From Acidobacteriota bacterium (GTDB lineage: Bacteria; Acidobacteriota; UBA890; WLXD01): 64,000 bases of DNA. The stretch spans positions 96,001 through 160,000 of the forward strand of contig CAXWPH010000012.1 in NCBI GenBank assembly GCA_963666055.2. The letters are read 5' to 3'. Under the pieces are notes generated by a model. It ran no database searches. It was not told where the DNA came from and saw nothing but the letters and a program-made list of their open reading frames with translations. Shown here in pieces: positions 60,488 through 64,000 of the stretch. Numbering within the stretch: position 1 is the first letter of the stretch; every line of letters begins with the position of its first letter. The position numbers and the translations under genes were made by a program.

Positions 60488-61282
60488 TCACTTCTTGCGT
60501 CCGTCAAACACAGGTACGCGTTTGTCGCGGAACGCCCTCAGTCCCTCGGCTAGGTCATCGCTGGTAAACAGATCTTCCTGAGCTTCGGTCTCGGCCGCCA
60601 AGCTGGCCTCCAGCGAGCCTTCCAATCCACGCCGCAACAGGTACTTGGTCTGGCGGACCATTTCGTGGGCCGTGCCACGCTGAGCCAGCACCGCCGCACG
60701 CTTGCGAACCTCGCCGGGGGGCACCACATCGTGTACCAACCCGAGCTGTAGCGCCTCGGCGCTATCTACCCAACGGCCGCTGATCACTAACTCGAGGGCT
60801 CGCGAGTAGCCGACCAGTTGCGGCAGCCAGAAACTCGCGCCCCAGTCGGGCGTCAGGCCGATGTTGCCCCAGCTGGCGGTGAGTCGGGCACTGTCAGCAG
60901 CAACTCGCAAGTCACAATTGAGTGCCAGCGCGAACCCGGCGCCCGCTGCCACCCCGTTAATCGCAGCCACCGTCAATCCGGGAAACGCTTGGAGCGCGAG
61001 AACGCACTCCACACTCGCATGGAGGATCTGGTGGAACCCGCGATGGTCGTTCGCATCGCGAAGCTCTGCTATTACGTCGACATCGCCACCGGCGCAGAAG
61101 GCGTTGCCCCCGCCAGTGATCACCAGCGCGGCGATTCGCTCGTCGCGAGCTGCCTCGACTATGCGATCGTGCAGCTGCTCGCGCATGTCATCGGCCAGTG
61201 CGTTGAGTTTCTCGGCCCGCGACAACGTAACCTCGGCCACCGCACCGTGGCGCTGCATGGTTACCAACAGCGGCGCGCTCAC
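60488..61282 (-). CDS. Enoyl-CoA hydratase/isomerase family protein
   Basis: FCAGGDV, AAINGVAAGAG, GLTPDWG, EGLRAFRDKRVPVF; GTGA overlap with the thiolase gene. Confidence 0.92.
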   Translation of the reverse strand: MSAPLLVTMQRHGAVAEVTLSRAEKLNALADDMREQLHDRIVEAARDERIAALVITGGGNAFCAGGDVDVIAELRDANDHRGFHQILHASVECVLALQAFPGLTVAAINGVAAGAGFALALNCDLRVAADSARLTASWGNIGLTPDWGASFWLPQLVGYSRALELVISGRWVDSAEALQLGLVHDVVPPGEVRKRAAVLAQRGTAHEMVRQTKYLLRRGLEGSLEASLAAETEAQEDLFTSDDLAEGLRAFRDKRVPVFDGRKK

Positions 61283-62487
61283 CCGCTGTCTCCCAGTCTC
61301 TCCACGAGAATGCTGGTGCCCATCCCGCCCGAGACGCAAAGAGTCGCCAGGCCGCGGTGCTCGTCGCGGCGACGTAGAGCGTGCAGCAAAGTGACCACGA
61401 TGCGTGACCCGGTGCAGCCAATCGGGTGGCCGAGCGAGATCGCCCCGCCGTCGCTGTTGAGCCGCGCGTGGTCAAAGCCCAGGTCACGATCCACCGCCAG
61501 CACCTGGGCCGCGAAAGCCTCGTTGAGCTCCACCCGGTCAATGTCGGCCAGGCTCATGTCGGTCCGTTCGAGCAGCTCGCGAACCGCCGGAACAGGCCCG
61601 ATGCCCATGACCGCCGGATCTACGCCCGCTTGCGTAGCGACGAGTAGCCGTCCCTCGGGCTCCACTCCATGCTTCTCCGCCGCCGCCTCCGACATCATCA
61701 CAAGGGCCGCCGCGCCGTCTGTAACACCGCTGCTATTGCCCGGATGAACCGTGCCGCCTTTCTTGAACACCGGGGTCAGCCGCGCCAAGCTCTCGGGGGT
61801 CACATCGTCGCGTGGGTGCTCATCGCGGGTCACGACCGTCGTGCCACGCCGGCCCGGTACCTCCAGCGGAACGATCTCAGCATCGAACGCGCCGGCGGCG
61901 CGCGCCGCCTGCGCGCGTTGCTGGCTGCGCGCCGCGTACTCATCCTGCTCGGTGCGGGAGATCTCGTATCGCTCGGCGAGACGCTCGGCAGTAAGTCCCA
62001 TCAGATCGCCACACAGCGGACACATGAAGCCGTCCTGGAACTGCCCATCGAGAAGCTGCGCGTGCCCCAGCCGCGCCCCCCAACGCGCCGTCGGCAACAG
62101 GTACGGCGTGTTGCTCATGCTCTCCATGCCACCCGCAATAACAACGTCGGAGACCCCGAGGGAGATCGACTGCGCCGCCAAGATGATCGACTTCATACCC
62201 GAGGCACAGGCCTGGTTGACGGTGAACGCTGGAGTAGTGACGGGAATACCGCTGCCGACAGCGACTTGCCGGGCGGTGTTTGGCCCGCAACCCGCCTGGC
62301 GAGAATGCCCCATGATGACTTCATCGATGGCAGTCGGCTCGACGCCGGCGCGTTGCATGGCCCAGGTCACGGCGTGCGTGCCCAGATCCACCGCGCTCAA
62401 GGGGCGCAGGGCGCCGCCGAACGCACCGATCGGGGTGCGTACCGCGCCAGCAATCAAAACGCGCCGACCATCGCGCAGATCGAGCAT
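61279..62487 (-). CDS. Acetyl-CoA C-acyltransferase (thiolase)
   Basis: RTPIG, NQACASG, GGMESMS, NEAFA, GHPIGCTG, LCVSGGMG. Confidence 0.95.
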   Translation of the reverse strand: MLDLRDGRRVLIAGAVRTPIGAFGGALRPLSAVDLGTHAVTWAMQRAGVEPTAIDEVIMGHSRQAGCGPNTARQVAVGSGIPVTTPAFTVNQACASGMKSIILAAQSISLGVSDVVIAGGMESMSNTPYLLPTARWGARLGHAQLLDGQFQDGFMCPLCGDLMGLTAERLAERYEISRTEQDEYAARSQQRAQAARAAGAFDAEIVPLEVPGRRGTTVVTRDEHPRDDVTPESLARLTPVFKKGGTVHPGNSSGVTDGAAALVMMSEAAAEKHGVEPEGRLLVATQAGVDPAVMGIGPVPAVRELLERTDMSLADIDRVELNEAFAAQVLAVDRDLGFDHARLNSDGGAISLGHPIGCTGSRIVVTLLHALRRRDEHRGLATLCVSGGMGTSILVERLGDSG

Positions 62488-62503
62488 GCCGCTCCCTCTT
62501 GGC

Positions 62504-62794
62504 TCAGCGACGTTGGAAATCTGGATCCCGTCGAGCAGCGTACGCCTTGATGCCTTCCTGGCCGCCCGCTGAGGTATAGCGGGCGAGCAGGTTGAGGTCG
62601 GCCCCGGCCGAGAAGAACTTGTCACCGCCGCCGGCTGGCACCATTACGCGCACGGCCGAGTCGTGCCGGACGTCCTCGACAGCCTCCGCTAGCTCGTGCA
62701 GGAGGTCGGAGTTGTAGCTGCTAGCGGGATCGCGGGTCACCGTGGCGAGCGCTACCCCGTCTTGCTTCTCGAGACTGAAAATCGTCCAGGCCAT
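62504..62794 (-). pseudogene. Internally deleted enoyl-CoA hydratase (N-terminus fused in frame to C-terminus)
   Basis: 96 aa: crotonase N-terminus up to FFSAGADL, then directly the C-terminal EGIKAYAARRDPDF. Confidence 0.7.
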
Positions 62795-63098
62795 AGACCT
62801 ACTCCAGCGAGGCAGGGAGGAAACAGACTACTCCCGTCGAACCGAAAGAGGACACGCGCCGGGCGGCGAGGAGGAGCGCAGGGCGCACCCGGCAGGCGCG
62901 TTGAGCGTACCATCGGCCTGGGTGCCCAGCAAACGATCCGGAAGTCGGAAACGCCCCGAGAATGCTACACTTGTGGGTAGTGTGCCTGTCGTCGCGAGAT
63001 CATGCACGACGCGCGTTTTCGGAGGCGTGACGCGACGAAATGGGGTGGCTTGACGCCCGGTCCGACGGGGCGTCCTTGGTCGGGAGCAAAGAAGTCAG

Positions 63099-63347
63099 AT
63101 GCGCGTCAAGGTTGTTCGTACGCCAGGGGAGCTACGCGACGAGATCGGTCACAAGATCATGATTTGCAAGGATTGGCTCGGCACAGTGCAGCGGGAGCTC
63201 AGCGACAAGGAGCTCGCCGATGCCGGCTTCCACCCGAAACGCAGTGAACGGGTCTACGCAGTGCTCTTCGACAAGTGGGGTCAGGCTGTCGCGGTGCCCG
63301 CAGTCAACCTCGTGGAGGTCAACGAAGACAACGAGACCATGCAATAG
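63099..63347 (+). CDS. Small hypothetical protein
   Basis: 82 aa, GGAG upstream, globular composition, occupies an otherwise gene-free gap. Confidence 0.6.
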   Translation: MRVKVVRTPGELRDEIGHKIMICKDWLGTVQRELSDKELADAGFHPKRSERVYAVLFDKWGQAVAVPAVNLVEVNEDNETMQ

Positions 63348-63375
63348 GGGATGCCGACACGACCCTCGGCACCGA

Positions 63376-64000
63376 CTAGCGGCCCTCCACAATCCGCTCG
63401 TGCTCACGGATTACGAAGCGATCCGTCATGCCGGCAACGTAGTCACCGATGGCGATACGCGTGCCGACGCGGTCCGCCCGCAGCCTATGGCGCTCAGGTA
63501 GCAATTCGGGATTGTCCAGGTAGGCGTGGAACAGTCGCTCCATCGTCAGGCGGGCGCTCTCCATCTGCTCCCGCACCAACGGACTCTGGTAGAGACGTTG
63601 CGAGAGCACCTCGCCCAGGACCGCCATGTCCGCTTCGACTTCCTCCGAATGGCAGGCCAGATTCGCCGGCAGGGCGCGAATCTCGGCCAGGCTGCGTACT
63701 CCGCTCGCCGCGATTGCCTCGCGGCTACTCTCGATCAGATCGGTTGCGAGACTGTCTACCATCCGCCGGATGGTCTCGTTGAACAGCTCGCGTCGGGAGG
63801 CACCCGCAAGCTCGGCGCTCATCTTTGTATAGATGCGTCCGAACAGTGGAGCATCCGCGACCAGCTCATCAACCGACAGCACATGCGCCTCGACGCCGTC
63901 GTCGATGTCATGCACGTTGTACGCGAGATCGTCCACTAGATCGATGATCTGGGCTTCGAGCGGCGGACGTTCGTGCGGTCGAAACTCCCGCATCTCCTCG
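63376..64000 (-). CDS. dgt: dGTP triphosphohydrolase family protein (3' part; runs off the window)
   Basis: LEAQIIDLVDDLAYNVHDIDDG and DYVAGMTDRF motifs. Confidence 0.9.
   Translation of the reverse strand, partial: EEMREFRPHERPPLEAQIIDLVDDLAYNVHDIDDGVEAHVLSVDELVADAPLFGRIYTKMSAELAGASRRELFNETIRRMVDSLATDLIESSREAIAASGVRSLAEIRALPANLACHSEEVEADMAVLGEVLSQRLYQSPLVREQMESARLTMERLFHAYLDNPELLPERHRLRADRVGTRIAIGDYVAGMTDRFVIREHERIVEGR

Noticed and set aside
1-64000. CRISPR array, tRNA/rRNA, prophage, integrase, canonical parS, CIRCE
   Set aside because: None seen on reading; a manual scan could miss degenerate sites

Overview
GC-rich bacterial chromosomal segment, most likely Acidobacteriota (inferred from a VWFA-type Acidobacterial domain protein and an 'MRHDAHFVEEL'-type ParB). 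About 58 densely packed, mostly housekeeping CDSs. They cover electron transfer (etfB/etfA, fixC/fixX), DNA repair (ATP-dependent ligase, UvrD-like helicase, PolX, Nth, RarA), proteostasis (clpB, DnaJ/CbpA-like, lon, sppA), tRNA modification (miaB, tsaC, trmI, queG, tusA, ThiI/MnmA-like), rho, greA, glnA and fatty-acid beta-oxidation enzymes. I saw no rRNA, tRNA, CRISPR array, integrase or transposase. The most notable signals are: (1) a LexA-like repressor that appears to have lost its autocleavage residues, overlapping clpB at the head of a clpB-dnaJ-lon run, behind a sigma70 promoter overlaid by a novel inverted repeat; (2) a divergent ParAB pair followed by a perfect 24-bp palindrome (candidate non-canonical parS), a winged-helix gene and an AT-rich DnaA-box cluster; (3) a 176-bp CTAG-flanked palindromic MITE-like element whose ends recur at gene boundaries; (4) degenerate enzymes (PolX lacking a catalytic Asp, an M1-like pseudo-peptidase fused to VWA) and three broken genes. 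All family calls come from reading motifs by eye; no database search was run.
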